A DNA stretch of 64,000 nt from Escherichia phage E26. This document shows, piece after piece, positions 1 through 9,655 of the stretch (position 1 is the stretch's first letter; every line of letters starts with the position of its first letter). The notes under the pieces are model-generated. The model did not search any database, was not told where the DNA came from, and saw nothing but the letters and a program-made list of their open reading frames with translations. The stretch lies in the sequence record MN655998.1; one strand, 5' to 3'. Both the position numbers and the translations under genes were made by a program.

Positions 1-2109
1 TTAAAATTTAACATTCTTAACCAGTTTCATAAAGTCTTGTGCGCGTTTGTCGTTATGCAGAATACGATACCAGTTATCTACAATATCATACAGTAACGGG
101 CTATTCTCTTTAAACTTCGCACAAACTGCTTTAATTCGTTCGTTTGCTGTCGTGAATTTTTCATCACAGATCTTTTTAGTTTCTTCGTCCATAATCCAAC
201 GAGTACGAAGGAGTAACTTGGAAACCTCTTTATTATAATGACGACCGTACAGTCTGTCAATAAATTCTGGAACACAGCGTTCTAGTTCATCGTCATGAAA
301 CAACATAGTGATCACACCCAGATATTCGCCATACCCCAGATGATTGGTCTTAACCTTCTTAGCCAGACCAGCCAGCTTACCGCGAACAAATTCTAGCGCA
401 CATTCCAATTGTTCGTCAACGAGATATTTTTGTGTCTCGTTTCGAGTAATAATATACTTTGTTACCCCGAAGTAGTCAAGCGCCGTGTGTAATGTATTTT
501 CACTATGGATCGATTTACGACTACGGCTTTCGAATGCATCACCTACGCGGAACATGTGCAAGCCTGATAACTCGCGAATCTCTGCCGCTTTCATGTGATG
601 GCTGGTTTTATGCCAACTGTCACCAATCTTTTCCATAATATACACGTTAGGCAGCTTAGGAGTAGCTTCACGTTGTGTACGCTCGGTCTTCTCCGGTTTA
701 ACTGCTTTAGCACGCAGATCATCGGCCTCAGACACTTTAATCACGGTCATTTCAGAATCATCATAATACTGTTTGATGTACTCGAAAGTCTCCATATGTT
801 TTTCGTTGCGCTGACGGAACACCAGTACCTTTTTATTGATTCCGTATTCCTGGAACATGCCGTTAAGAGTCAGTGCACGCAGTTTCGGTTTATCGGTATC
901 ATCAATAAGACACGTAATATCTTCTTTATGCATCCATACAAAATGCGTAATGTTGTATTGACTGCTAACGAAAGCAGGGCGCAATTTACTGATTGTGTGA
1001 CGAGTACGATACAGAGTATACACCTGACCTTCTACGTCATTTGGCGAATCTTTACCCGCATTCACAAACTTATTATAGATTGCTACCGGATCATCCCACT
1101 GCCCGATCTTACCCATCTTGCTAATAATATTGCGTTGAGTCGATGAATACTCGCTCATAAATTGCGCAAGTTTACGCTCTGTTTTAATGTTGGCGATCTT
1201 CTCTTTAACCTTTTCCAACATCATTTCATTGATTTCTGCAATGCGTTTTTCGATGTTCGCTTTAGTCTCAATTGACAAGTGAACTTCTTCACGCGATGGC
1301 ATCAGGTCCAGATCACCCAACTCAAAATTAATGTAAATGGTCTGGTGCTGGCGGTTTACAGCTTCTAACCACGTTCCGCGAACATATTCATACGGGATCG
1401 GATACTGGATCTTACCCATGATTGCATATACTACATAGGAATCGTTATCACGCCCATTGCAAACATAATAATTATCAAAGCTAGGGAAATAATTAATTTC
1501 GATTGCATTGATATTAGGTTTGTGTTCCCCAAAATGACGAAGTACAAATTGTGCTTCTCGATGCCATGTCTGAATGTCTTTTTCTTTCACCGGAATAGTG
1601 ATTTTCAGACCATTGTCTTCATAGGTCGGTTCGTCGAAAATCTGCACCATTTTCGGCATAGAGTTTTGCACAAATGCCGTAAAGCCATAAGCGCGACCAT
1701 TGTAATAGTTTACGATTGTAAAGGTGTCAGTGTAGCTATAAGCAGATTTCGCACCTAAACCAAAAGATCCGATATAATCATTAGTCTGGTCTTTTGTTGA
1801 TTCAAAGTAAACCGTAAACAGTTGTTCTAATTCTTTCTTAGACGGAATACCAGTACCATAATCACGCACAGAAAAATACGGTTCGATTGCAGTCGGTAAA
1901 TGAATATCAAACGGACGATCTAAGGTTCCGGCTTCTTTGTGAGTGTCGGTAGCATTGCACGAATACTCACGGACGCAAGCACGTTCACAATATTGATAAG
2001 TGTTCTTAGAAAGCACCATAAAAGCCTTGCTACTTGCTTTCAGTGAAAAATCAACCGCACCGCTCAAGTCACTGCCAAATACTTCTTCATTATCAATATG
2101 CATTTTCAT
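1..2109 (-). CDS. rIIA: rIIA membrane-associated protein (complete, stop at 1-3)
   Basis: 702 aa; HATPase-like N-terminus (DYGTGIP...FGLGAKSAYSYTDTF) as in T4 rIIA; first gene of T4-convention genome. Confidence 0.85.
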   Translation of the reverse strand: MKMHIDNEEVFGSDLSGAVDFSLKASSKAFMVLSKNTYQYCERACVREYSCNATDTHKEAGTLDRPFDIHLPTAIEPYFSVRDYGTGIPSKKELEQLFTVYFESTKDQTNDYIGSFGLGAKSAYSYTDTFTIVNYYNGRAYGFTAFVQNSMPKMVQIFDEPTYEDNGLKITIPVKEKDIQTWHREAQFVLRHFGEHKPNINAIEINYFPSFDNYYVCNGRDNDSYVVYAIMGKIQYPIPYEYVRGTWLEAVNRQHQTIYINFELGDLDLMPSREEVHLSIETKANIEKRIAEINEMMLEKVKEKIANIKTERKLAQFMSEYSSTQRNIISKMGKIGQWDDPVAIYNKFVNAGKDSPNDVEGQVYTLYRTRHTISKLRPAFVSSQYNITHFVWMHKEDITCLIDDTDKPKLRALTLNGMFQEYGINKKVLVFRQRNEKHMETFEYIKQYYDDSEMTVIKVSEADDLRAKAVKPEKTERTQREATPKLPNVYIMEKIGDSWHKTSHHMKAAEIRELSGLHMFRVGDAFESRSRKSIHSENTLHTALDYFGVTKYIITRNETQKYLVDEQLECALEFVRGKLAGLAKKVKTNHLGYGEYLGVITMLFHDDELERCVPEFIDRLYGRHYNKEVSKLLLRTRWIMDEETKKICDEKFTTANERIKAVCAKFKENSPLLYDIVDNWYRILHNDKRAQDFMKLVKNVKF

Positions 2110-2123
2110 AATATAATCCTCAC

Positions 2124-2381
2124 TTAATTAAAATCTTCTTTGTCCATCTCTGCGTAGATTACATCCCACGCCCATAAATCAATAAACGCATTATATGTCA
2201 CGGTGCAATCGTTGTCAATCACTTCTTTCGCATATTTCTTGATGTTTTCGTAGGAAACTTGCGGATCAATTTTGTGTTTACGAAGATGCGCATATTCATA
2301 CCTCAAACACTCCATAAACAGGTCCATCGATTTCTTTTCTCGATGACACTTGGCGATCAGAAAATCAAAACTTCGACTCAT
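2124..2381 (-). CDS. hypothetical protein (rIIA.1 position)
   Basis: ORF tiling on minus strand; no recognisable motif. Confidence 0.5.
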   Translation of the reverse strand: MSRSFDFLIAKCHREKKSMDLFMECLRYEYAHLRKHKIDPQVSYENIKKYAKEVIDNDCTVTYNAFIDLWAWDVIYAEMDKEDFN

Positions 2382-2391
2382 TTTCTACTCC

Positions 2392-2586
2392 TTATACATT
2401 TTCAATCACCCATTGCAGATGGGCTTCTGCGTCAACCAGTTCAGCGCGGCTTTTCTCTAAGCACTTGCTGTATTCTTTACGTTCCCAATCAGCAATTTCG
2501 TTTTTCAAGACTTCTTCATAGTAAGCAATTACGCCTTTCAGATCGGAAACTCTACGGCTTGCCAGTTCGATGTAATGGTTACGCAT
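2392..2586 (-). CDS. hypothetical protein
   Basis: ORF tiling; no motif. Confidence 0.45.
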   Translation of the reverse strand: MRNHYIELASRRVSDLKGVIAYYEEVLKNEIADWERKEYSKCLEKSRAELVDAEAHLQWVIENV

Positions 2587-2782
2587 TTTGATTCTCCTTT
2601 GTTACTAGATAACGAATTTGGTCTTGCATTGCGATCAGTTCCCAGCGTGCTACTTTCATCATGGAAACCGACTCTTTGAACATAATATTAGCTTTTTCAT
2701 TATTCCCTGTCAAGTAGATTTCTGCAATTTTTTCACAAAATTTTTGAGTTTCTTCATTCTTAAACGGTTTCATATAAGTCAA
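2579..2782 (-). CDS. hypothetical protein
   Basis: ORF tiling; no motif. Confidence 0.45.
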   Translation of the reverse strand: MTYMKPFKNEETQKFCEKIAEIYLTGNNEKANIMFKESVSMMKVARWELIAMQDQIRYLVTKENQNA

Positions 2783-2839
2783 CCTTTTGTTTTCGATGGG
2801 GACATTATGATATATCCCCGATCCAGTGTCAACAGATTT

Positions 2840-3139
2840 TTAATCTTTTTTCAATGCATCCATTACTCGCTCTGCGATCAGTTCTCGTAAGCACTGATAA
2901 CCATGATATTTGATGGCAATGTCACGCAGATCATTAACCAGTTCCCGTACTTCATGGTCTTTCAGATCGTCTCTGTATTTCGATTTAACCGTGTCTTTAG
3001 GTGGATTGTGGATAACCTGAAAACCTTGTTCTGCAATCACTGCGGCTTCTCGCTGGCGTTCATGCTGTACTGTATTTTTGATCAGGTCTGCTTCCATGAA
3101 CTTTGCCATACTCATCATCATGTTATTCTTTTTGCTCAT
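2840..3139 (-). CDS. hypothetical protein (start placed at internal Met after promoter cassette)
   Basis: Track ORF 2840..3220 runs through promoter; GAGGA RBS 8 nt before ATG at 3139. Confidence 0.45.
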   Translation of the reverse strand: MSKKNNMMMSMAKFMEADLIKNTVQHERQREAAVIAEQGFQVIHNPPKDTVKSKYRDDLKDHEVRELVNDLRDIAIKYHGYQCLRELIAERVMDALKKD

Positions 3140-3173
3140 TATTAAATCCTCATAAAAGAAAAGGGAGACTCCC

Positions 3174-3201
3174 ATTATAGAGAATCTCCCTTGTATGTCA
3201 A
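3174..3201 (-). promoter_or_regulatory. early promoter cassette (TTGACA-N16-TATAAT)
   Basis: rc tgtcaa at 3196-3201, rc attata at 3174-3179; palindrome gggagactccc downstream. Confidence 0.5.
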
Positions 3202-3204
3202 GTG

Positions 3205-5028
3205 TTATGATTGCATCCAAATTTTGCGCTGATCTGCATCTTCACTATAGAGCAAATCGAATAGCTCTTTATAGTTTTCCGGTAACGTGATGATCTCCAT
3301 GACAGGATCGTTGATCACGCGATGATAGTCTGATTCTGTGAGCGATGCTAAACCTTTGATATATCGAATGTTGTAACCTTTGATATTATCTCGGTCGTTC
3401 TCGAAATCTTCTAGGTCATAATACCATCGAACATCATCACCTTTCTTTGGTTCAGCAATGATAATAGGTGTTTTGATAAACCGGATTCGTCCATCTTCGA
3501 ACAATTCAGGCCAACGTGCAAAGAAAGAGATCAGACTAGGTTTAATAGACCCGATCCCGTCGGTATCCGCGTCTGTCATAATCGCAATATTTTTGTATTG
3601 CATAACTTCCAATGCATCAACACCAAATTGCAAACCAGTGATCGCCATGATGTTAAAAATTTCGGCGTTCTTAACGATCTTTGCCTCCGGTTGTTCCCAC
3701 GTTGTAAGAGTTTTGCCTCGCAACGGGAAACCGCCATGTAAATCTTGATCACGTACAGAGATCAGATAGTTGATCGCGGAATCACCTTCCGTCAAAAACA
3801 GGGTAGTTTCTGCGTCAGTTCCAATAAGGTTAGCTTTAACATGTTTTGCTACCTTAGCCCGTTTCGCTGCCTTTGCTGCCTTAGTCGCTGCCGCTTTATC
3901 GGCTGCCTCTTTGCGTGCCAGGACTACAGCAATAATAGGCATGATAATGTTTTCTTTCTTCGCAATGACTTTAGCCAGCTTTTTAAAATCAAGATCAATA
4001 TGACGCTTGATATCACCAGTCGGGTTAGTCAAGCGTTCTTTTGTCTGTGAATCAAAACGAAGGTTAGGCAATTCACGAACAATAAGAATACAGGTCAATC
4101 CAGACTTAACCGCAGCTTTAGTAACATCAACCTTATATTCTTTCTTGATTCGTTTTACAATCTCTTCACAAAGATCATCTGTCACGTAGTCTACGTGTGT
4201 TCCCCCGTTTTTGGTAAACAGACCATTAGCAAAGGATACTGATTTAAAACCTTCTCCCTCGACCGCAGGAACTAGGGCAAGTGAGAAGTTTTTATCCTCG
4301 ATGACAAACGGATCATCATTGTATAGTTTAGCATAATCCTTAAACTTGCTGGTTATCTTTTTGCCATTAAACTTAAACGTGATCTTAGGAAAGATTACAC
4401 TTAAGGAATACATACGGTCACAAATTACATCTGAAATTTCTTGTGACATGATCATGCCTTCAAAATGATCGAAATCAGGGCAGAATGTAACCTTAGTCCC
4501 TTTCAGCTTTGATGGTTTAGATGACCAACTAATATTTTCAGCGCCATTGGTGCATTGTACGGTCAATTCATTCTCACCATCGCATGTCACACCAGTAAAC
4601 CACGATGAGAAAAATGATGTGAGCGCGCTTCCTATCCCATTCATCCCCATAGTGACACGATTTGTATCATCAAAGTTAGATCCTGCTTTAGCTCGTGTCC
4701 ATGCAGCCACTGGTTGGGGAATCTGTTTCCCTTCTGGTGTAGTGACTATATGTTGTGGAATGCCGCGACCGTTATCTGTTACCGACACAATGTTATCTTT
4801 GATATCTACGCTAATAACATTAGCGTATTCAAAATTAGTGCGGATCGCTTCGTCTACAGAGTTGTCGATAATCTCATCAATAATTTTAACTAGACCGGGA
4901 ACATATGATACTTTGGTCCATTTTCCAAAAAGGAAACGATTATGTGATTCATAAGTCGTTGACCCTATGTACATCGAAGGTCTTTTAAGACAGTGAGCGC
5001 GATCATCTAACAGCAAAAATTCAGACAT
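3205..5028 (-). CDS. 39: DNA topoisomerase II large subunit, GyrB-like ATPase + Toprim (gp39 and gp60 fused)
   Basis: 607 aa; PSMYIGST, DNGRGIP, MTDADTDG motifs; length matches fused 39+60 of non-T4 T-evens. Confidence 0.9.
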   Translation of the reverse strand: MSEFLLLDDRAHCLKRPSMYIGSTTYESHNRFLFGKWTKVSYVPGLVKIIDEIIDNSVDEAIRTNFEYANVISVDIKDNIVSVTDNGRGIPQHIVTTPEGKQIPQPVAAWTRAKAGSNFDDTNRVTMGMNGIGSALTSFFSSWFTGVTCDGENELTVQCTNGAENISWSSKPSKLKGTKVTFCPDFDHFEGMIMSQEISDVICDRMYSLSVIFPKITFKFNGKKITSKFKDYAKLYNDDPFVIEDKNFSLALVPAVEGEGFKSVSFANGLFTKNGGTHVDYVTDDLCEEIVKRIKKEYKVDVTKAAVKSGLTCILIVRELPNLRFDSQTKERLTNPTGDIKRHIDLDFKKLAKVIAKKENIIMPIIAVVLARKEAADKAAATKAAKAAKRAKVAKHVKANLIGTDAETTLFLTEGDSAINYLISVRDQDLHGGFPLRGKTLTTWEQPEAKIVKNAEIFNIMAITGLQFGVDALEVMQYKNIAIMTDADTDGIGSIKPSLISFFARWPELFEDGRIRFIKTPIIIAEPKKGDDVRWYYDLEDFENDRDNIKGYNIRYIKGLASLTESDYHRVINDPVMEIITLPENYKELFDLLYSEDADQRKIWMQS

Positions 5029-5034
5029 ATTATA

Positions 5035-5778
5035 TCATTCTCCGTCAGTTCGTTTCAGGTATTCCAACGCTGCATATAGTCTTTGCGGATCGTCTTTGAA
5101 CATTCCTAATCCGGCGTTACATTTTCCACAAAGAACACCTCTTATCTTACCAGTCTTATGATTATGGTCAAGATGTTTCCACTTTTGGCGTTTTCTCTCG
5201 CCGCATCGTTCATTTATGAATTTTACACCGCATATCTCGCAATTGTCAACTCTGTCTAAAATTTCTAGCGCTTCTCGTTTTGTTATTTTTATACCATCTT
5301 CGGCGTGGTGATATGGTCTATCTAGTTCTCGTTCTCGTTTCTCAAACAATCGACACTCATCAGAACAATACTTTTGAGATGCGTTTATTGCAACAAATGG
5401 TTTACCGCATTTAGCGCATTCTCGTTCAATCTTTATGTTTTGTGTCTGATCCAACGATGCGCAACGAGAACAGCAAAATTTATGATAGCCTCTAGAGTAT
5501 GTATGATAATTTACAGGATTTGGGCATCTTGCACATTTAACTATTCCTGTTATTCCGTGGCGCAATCTATAAACAGCCTCGTTATATGGTTGTTGATTTC
5601 TGAGACCTCCATTACAGAACTTAAACTCATTCCTTATAATCTGAAATTCCGCAGGATACAATTTTTCCATTTCTGGAATTTTATTTTCTTTAAAAAGATT
5701 TGAGTTTAGTCTATTTCCGCTTTTCGCCTCCAGAACATCAACAATAAACTTTTTGATGTTCACTTTTTCTCTCTCCAA
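5035..5778 (-). CDS. HNH (endonuclease VII-type) homing endonuclease-like protein with N-terminal Cys clusters
   Basis: C-terminal HLDHNHKTGKIRGVLCGKCN motif; several CxxC pairs; track start is TTG, true start may be GTG at 5763. Confidence 0.65.
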   Translation of the reverse strand: MEREKVNIKKFIVDVLEAKSGNRLNSNLFKENKIPEMEKLYPAEFQIIRNEFKFCNGGLRNQQPYNEAVYRLRHGITGIVKCARCPNPVNYHTYSRGYHKFCCSRCASLDQTQNIKIERECAKCGKPFVAINASQKYCSDECRLFEKRERELDRPYHHAEDGIKITKREALEILDRVDNCEICGVKFINERCGERKRQKWKHLDHNHKTGKIRGVLCGKCNAGLGMFKDDPQRLYAALEYLKRTDGE

Positions 5779-5870
5779 TACATAACATAACCATAACTTA
5801 CTGCAACCGCCACAAAGACGGCTGCAACAATCATATTAAAAATTGAGTGATTGTCAAGTATATGACTCAT
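5760..5870 (-). CDS. small membrane protein (36 aa, below track cutoff)
   Basis: Hand-translated MSHILDNHSIFNMIVAAVFVAVAVSYGYVMYWREKK; ATGA stop-start overlap with upstream gene. Confidence 0.35.
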   Translation of the reverse strand: MSHILDNHSIFNMIVAAVFVAVAVSYGYVMYWREKK

Positions 5871-6040
5871 GACACGCGCACATTTTTATCATAGTACCCG
5901 CCATTAATCCCGCGCGGGGCAGTCAATCCCTGTTTGCATTCTTTACCACATTCAGGGCATTCTGCCTTTTCACGCTCGGAAATTTTGCGGATTTTCTGAA
6001 ATTGACCGTGTTCTTCACAAGAATAATCGTATAATGGCAT
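5867..6040 (-). CDS. FmdB-like zinc-ribbon protein
   Basis: MPLYDYSCEEHG...CPECGKEC; start at internal Met of track ORF 5867..6121. Confidence 0.5.
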   Translation of the reverse strand: MPLYDYSCEEHGQFQKIRKISEREKAECPECGKECKQGLTAPRGINGGYYDKNVRVS

Positions 6041-6041
6041 A

Positions 6042-6710
6042 TTATCCCCTTTGTTTCTTAACTGAATTTGGATCTGGATTTTCTGGTAGGTCTTCCAGAC
6101 CCATAGCATAACGTTGTGCATAGATTAGCATAAGAATATCGCGAGCGCAATCATGAATTGCATCATGTGCGATAAAACCATCTAGCGTACCCATTGGTAA
6201 CGGACACTCACACATCCCGCGATGCATCAATGTACGCTCAATGGCGGTGCGAACATCTCGGATATTCCAGAATCGCACAGGTTCAAGGCTGAACGTCTCT
6301 CGTGTATTGTGTGCACGGCGGATCATATCAACTAGCAACGGAATATCAAACGCATTACCGCGTGACCACATTACTGATTTAACCGGATCTACTCCTACGG
6401 CTTCACAGAATGCGTTAAAACGAGCTAAACCTTCTTTAGTTGATACTTCCGTACCATTTGTGATTAATTGCTTTCTCATGCCTTCTGAGGCGGTATTCTT
6501 CCACCATTCAACCACACCATGATCAAACACTCTTACACCTTTCTGGGAAGGAATATCAAATTTTACCAGAAAGGAATTGTCAACCAGTTCTTTAAATGTA
6601 GGTGGATTGTGCGGATCTTCTTTAAATCCGATTGCCGCCATATTGATAACCGCCCCATCAGGCGGATAACCTAAACTTTCAAAGTCAATCATTAAATCCA
6701 CTGGAAGCAT
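6042..6710 (-). CDS. dexA: exonuclease A (DEDD 3'-5' exonuclease)
   Basis: DFESLG...H motifs; T4 synteny upstream of topo II; start at MLPVDL internal Met. Confidence 0.8.
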   Translation of the reverse strand: MLPVDLMIDFESLGYPPDGAVINMAAIGFKEDPHNPPTFKELVDNSFLVKFDIPSQKGVRVFDHGVVEWWKNTASEGMRKQLITNGTEVSTKEGLARFNAFCEAVGVDPVKSVMWSRGNAFDIPLLVDMIRRAHNTRETFSLEPVRFWNIRDVRTAIERTLMHRGMCECPLPMGTLDGFIAHDAIHDCARDILMLIYAQRYAMGLEDLPENPDPNSVKKQRG

Positions 6711-6711
6711 T

Positions 6712-6954
6712 TTAAATATCCTCCGCGATATGCCGGAACAACTCCAGATCGTTTTTATCCAGAATGAAACCGCTACAATCAATAATCCCGTTACCGTAAT
6801 TATCGGTTAACAGTCGTTCCGTTGCCATGTATGCGCGTACTTTGTTGTTAAAATTCATTACATGTTGTGCATAGTCACAATGAATCTTTTGACGGTTCCA
6901 CGCGACAATTGATTGTAGATGTATTACATTAGCCATATCATTAATAACAACCAT
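6712..6954 (-). CDS. hypothetical protein
   Basis: ORF tiling; no motif. Confidence 0.45.
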   Translation of the reverse strand: MVVINDMANVIHLQSIVAWNRQKIHCDYAQHVMNFNNKVRAYMATERLLTDNYGNGIIDCSGFILDKNDLELFRHIAEDI

Positions 6955-6955
6955 A

Positions 6956-7123
6956 TCAAAAACCTCTCTTAGTGAAATGCTCGATCATTTTATTGATACA
7001 TGCAGCTTCACTATCGCCGGACACGTTCCAGCCGTATAGACCCCATCTAAAGCACATGGTAACAGTTCCATTGTGACGGCTTACCGTCACATCATTAAAT
7101 TCTGGGATACTTCGCATAATCAT
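6956..7123 (-). CDS. small hypothetical protein (55 aa, below track cutoff)
   Basis: Hand-translated ORF with GAGGAA RBS; fills gap between dda and downstream gene. Confidence 0.35.
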   Translation of the reverse strand: MIMRSIPEFNDVTVSRHNGTVTMCFRWGLYGWNVSGDSEAACINKMIEHFTKRGF

Positions 7124-7133
7124 AATAATTTCC

Positions 7134-8525
7134 TCAAATATAGTCTACTCGATACCTCGCACGGGTAACACCCACATATAATAACTGCATTGCCAATTCA
7201 AAGTCAACATTGTCTGTACACATGCAAGGAGTATACAGGAACACGCGGTCTACGCTGATCCCTTGTGACTTATGAATGGTGCAAGCTGGTAATGCTTTTA
7301 CATTCAAGAACATACGCTTCATCGTCCAGAATGAATCCCAATCTGGTTTAAATTTTGGATTCTCTTTCTTCATTTCGCGATATTGTCCGGCGACCGTATT
7401 CAGATAGATAGAGAAAATGTTCTTCTGACGTTGTTCTGTCAGAATGTTGATTTCTACTAAATCCGGTTTATCTGTAGTGATTCCGACTGCATCTAAACCG
7501 ACTTTCTGATTTAGGATTTCTTTGTCTTCGTCATCATCGACGCTTTCCACTTTCAGAGTATAGCCTAAAACTGGTTGCGGATCTACCCCCGTGCAACGTA
7601 ATGTAAATTCACGCGGTATAACCTCTTTAACCCGGATCATCTCACCATTGTTAAAAATAACATTGGGAATTTTCTTCCCGCGTTCATCTCGCAGATATTC
7701 GATCAACGGTTCCTGAGTAACCAGAATTTCATCTACAATCACTGGTTCATCGGTGTTATAAACGCGCTTGCGCACAATTTCATTGAGTTTTTCGACGCTC
7801 TTGTTAGTGTAAGCCAGAATACGGTTTTCTAGAAGGTCTTCCGGCGTTTTAACGGTTTCGAAATAATGCTTCATAAACTCCGGCAGAGTTGAGCTATGGA
7901 ATACACCCTCGTTACCGCACTGCTTTTCGAATACCCATTTACCGTTACGGACAGCGGTCGCCACATCAATGATCGGTGCATTAGATCGTTTAATTTCTGT
8001 CAACTCCACGTTTTGAAAATTTTCATCCGTGAAGAAAGGAGAAATTGACGTTGCACCGCTCGGATCAACTGGTCGTAACTGGTGCGGATCGCCAACTGCA
8101 ATAACAACAATTCGACCGTTGATACTCTTCATGAGAATATCAAATAGTTTCTTATCGACCATACTCGCTTCATCAACAATGATGATCTGAACATCATCTA
8201 GCTTAGGAGTATCTTTTTGCTCAAATACTTGAGTATCTTCATAGTTGGTCGGGTTTAGTCGCAGTAGTGCATGTAAAGTAAATGCTTGACGACCTACCGC
8301 TTTACTCAAAACTTTTTTAGCCTGGTGGGTAGGCGTTGCCAAAACCACACCAGTTACACCACGGCGGACCATTTCCTGAACAATGAATTTCATCATTGCG
8401 GTTTTACCAGTACCAGCCGCACCCCGGACAGTTGTATGCTTCTTTTGTTCAATGCGTTTCATTAGAACATCAAAAGCATGTTTTTGCCCGTCTGTTAACA
8501 TATCGAAAGTTAATACTCTGCTCAT
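7134..8525 (-). CDS. dda: Dda DNA helicase (SF1)
   Basis: Walker A GAAGTGKT; KRSNAPIIDVATAVRNGKW; LYVGVTRARY C-terminus as in T4 Dda. Confidence 0.9.
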   Translation of the reverse strand: MSRVLTFDMLTDGQKHAFDVLMKRIEQKKHTTVRGAAGTGKTAMMKFIVQEMVRRGVTGVVLATPTHQAKKVLSKAVGRQAFTLHALLRLNPTNYEDTQVFEQKDTPKLDDVQIIIVDEASMVDKKLFDILMKSINGRIVVIAVGDPHQLRPVDPSGATSISPFFTDENFQNVELTEIKRSNAPIIDVATAVRNGKWVFEKQCGNEGVFHSSTLPEFMKHYFETVKTPEDLLENRILAYTNKSVEKLNEIVRKRVYNTDEPVIVDEILVTQEPLIEYLRDERGKKIPNVIFNNGEMIRVKEVIPREFTLRCTGVDPQPVLGYTLKVESVDDDEDKEILNQKVGLDAVGITTDKPDLVEINILTEQRQKNIFSIYLNTVAGQYREMKKENPKFKPDWDSFWTMKRMFLNVKALPACTIHKSQGISVDRVFLYTPCMCTDNVDFELAMQLLYVGVTRARYRVDYI

Positions 8526-8839
8526 TATCCTAAAATCCTCACCTTGCGAACACAGATAGTATTGAGTTCTCGCCGTACCCGTTCTTTTTCATATTCAGGA
8601 ATTTTATATTCGATACCATCCCGAACAATTTCAGAAGACCGGATTATGCCAAATTTTCGTTTAGGTACAACCTTGTATTTCGGTTCACCTGCCAATAGAC
8701 TCTCACAATAATCTATCTGATCACACATTGACGCTAACGCAGCATCATGTGTTTCGCAAGTTAGGACGCGACCCTTCGCGTCCACTGAGTATTGAAAGAA
8801 TCCGTCTTTATCACGATAACATACAGCAAATACATGCAT
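8525..8839 (-). CDS. hypothetical protein (dda.1 position)
   Basis: ORF tiling. Confidence 0.45.
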   Translation of the reverse strand: MHVFAVCYRDKDGFFQYSVDAKGRVLTCETHDAALASMCDQIDYCESLLAGEPKYKVVPKRKFGIIRSSEIVRDGIEYKIPEYEKERVRRELNTICVRKVRILG

Positions 8840-9594
8840 TATAAACCTACCTTCGCTTTCATCAATTCAATCCACGACGCATCAATCGGAAGCCCGTATT
8901 TCACGCGTTCTTTTTGTGCTGGCGTTAAGTTCTCATACTTAGAAAGAGATTCAATCAAAACGCTGGTATATTTTAGCACGACTTCGGTATTGTTTGCAAT
9001 AGCCTTAAGTTTTTCTTCTTTCTTGTTGATTTCGCTAAGGGCTTGCTTGAGATCTGCAATTTTCTGATAACGTTCTTCCATACGGAAGAGAGTATTTTTA
9101 ATCGCTCGCTCGGCTGCCTCTGCTTTCTCCGGTTCGTTGTGCTTTTTGTGGCGCTCGATTGCTAATTTCTTTTCTTCGATTGCTATTTCCTGATTTTTGA
9201 TGCGATTCTCGTTAAGTTCGATCCACTCGATGTACTTCGCACGTAGGGCAATTTCATCATCAGAAAGTTTACCGTTAGTTCCTAGTTCCTGGATCTCTTT
9301 AAGAGATTCGATAGTGTGATTGCCACGGAAAGAATTGTATTTCAGTTTAACCGGAATTACATTGCCATCAACATATCCCAGATTGCAATCAATGCGCTCT
9401 AAGGAGAGTCCATCATCACCTTCACCGAAAGCCTCACCGGAATAGGCGCAATGAGTCTGTCGGTAAATGTTACGCACAGTGACTAAGCTCATAGAGAAGT
9501 CTTTGTTGCGACGTGAAGCACCAGCCATGATAGAGTTCAGCCGGAAAACAACCAGCGCCAATTCTTCGTTAGATTTAAAAGCAAACAGTTTCAT
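8839..9594 (-). CDS. hypothetical protein with degenerate HNH-like motif and long C-terminal coiled coil
   Basis: LSLERIDCNLGYVDGNVIPV...FRGNH then K/E-rich heptads; AGGAGAATCAA RBS. Confidence 0.45.
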   Translation of the reverse strand: MKLFAFKSNEELALVVFRLNSIMAGASRRNKDFSMSLVTVRNIYRQTHCAYSGEAFGEGDDGLSLERIDCNLGYVDGNVIPVKLKYNSFRGNHTIESLKEIQELGTNGKLSDDEIALRAKYIEWIELNENRIKNQEIAIEEKKLAIERHKKHNEPEKAEAAERAIKNTLFRMEERYQKIADLKQALSEINKKEEKLKAIANNTEVVLKYTSVLIESLSKYENLTPAQKERVKYGLPIDASWIELMKAKVGL

Positions 9595-9622
9595 AATTGA
9601 TTCTCCTTAGTTGGTATGTGTG

Positions 9623-9652
9623 TATTATTGTCTATCTGGTTTGTGCTGTCAA
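9623..9652 (-). promoter_or_regulatory. early promoter cassette
   Basis: TTGACA at 9647-9652 (rc); A/T-rich -10; conserved leader to AGGAGAATCAA-ATG. Confidence 0.45.
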
Positions 9653-9655
9653 CAC

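Noticed and set aside
595-1146. Plus-strand track ORFs antisense to rIIA and many similar plus-strand ORFs (e.g. 20266..20760, 27580..28092, 34433..34822, 60004..60471)
   Set aside because: Each lies entirely within a well-supported minus-strand gene, has low-complexity composition and lacks an RBS.
3205-5028. Possible gene 60-style translational bypass or split topoisomerase subunit
   Set aside because: The topoisomerase ORF is continuous (607 aa) with no internal stop or gap, matching the fused form seen in non-T4 T-evens.
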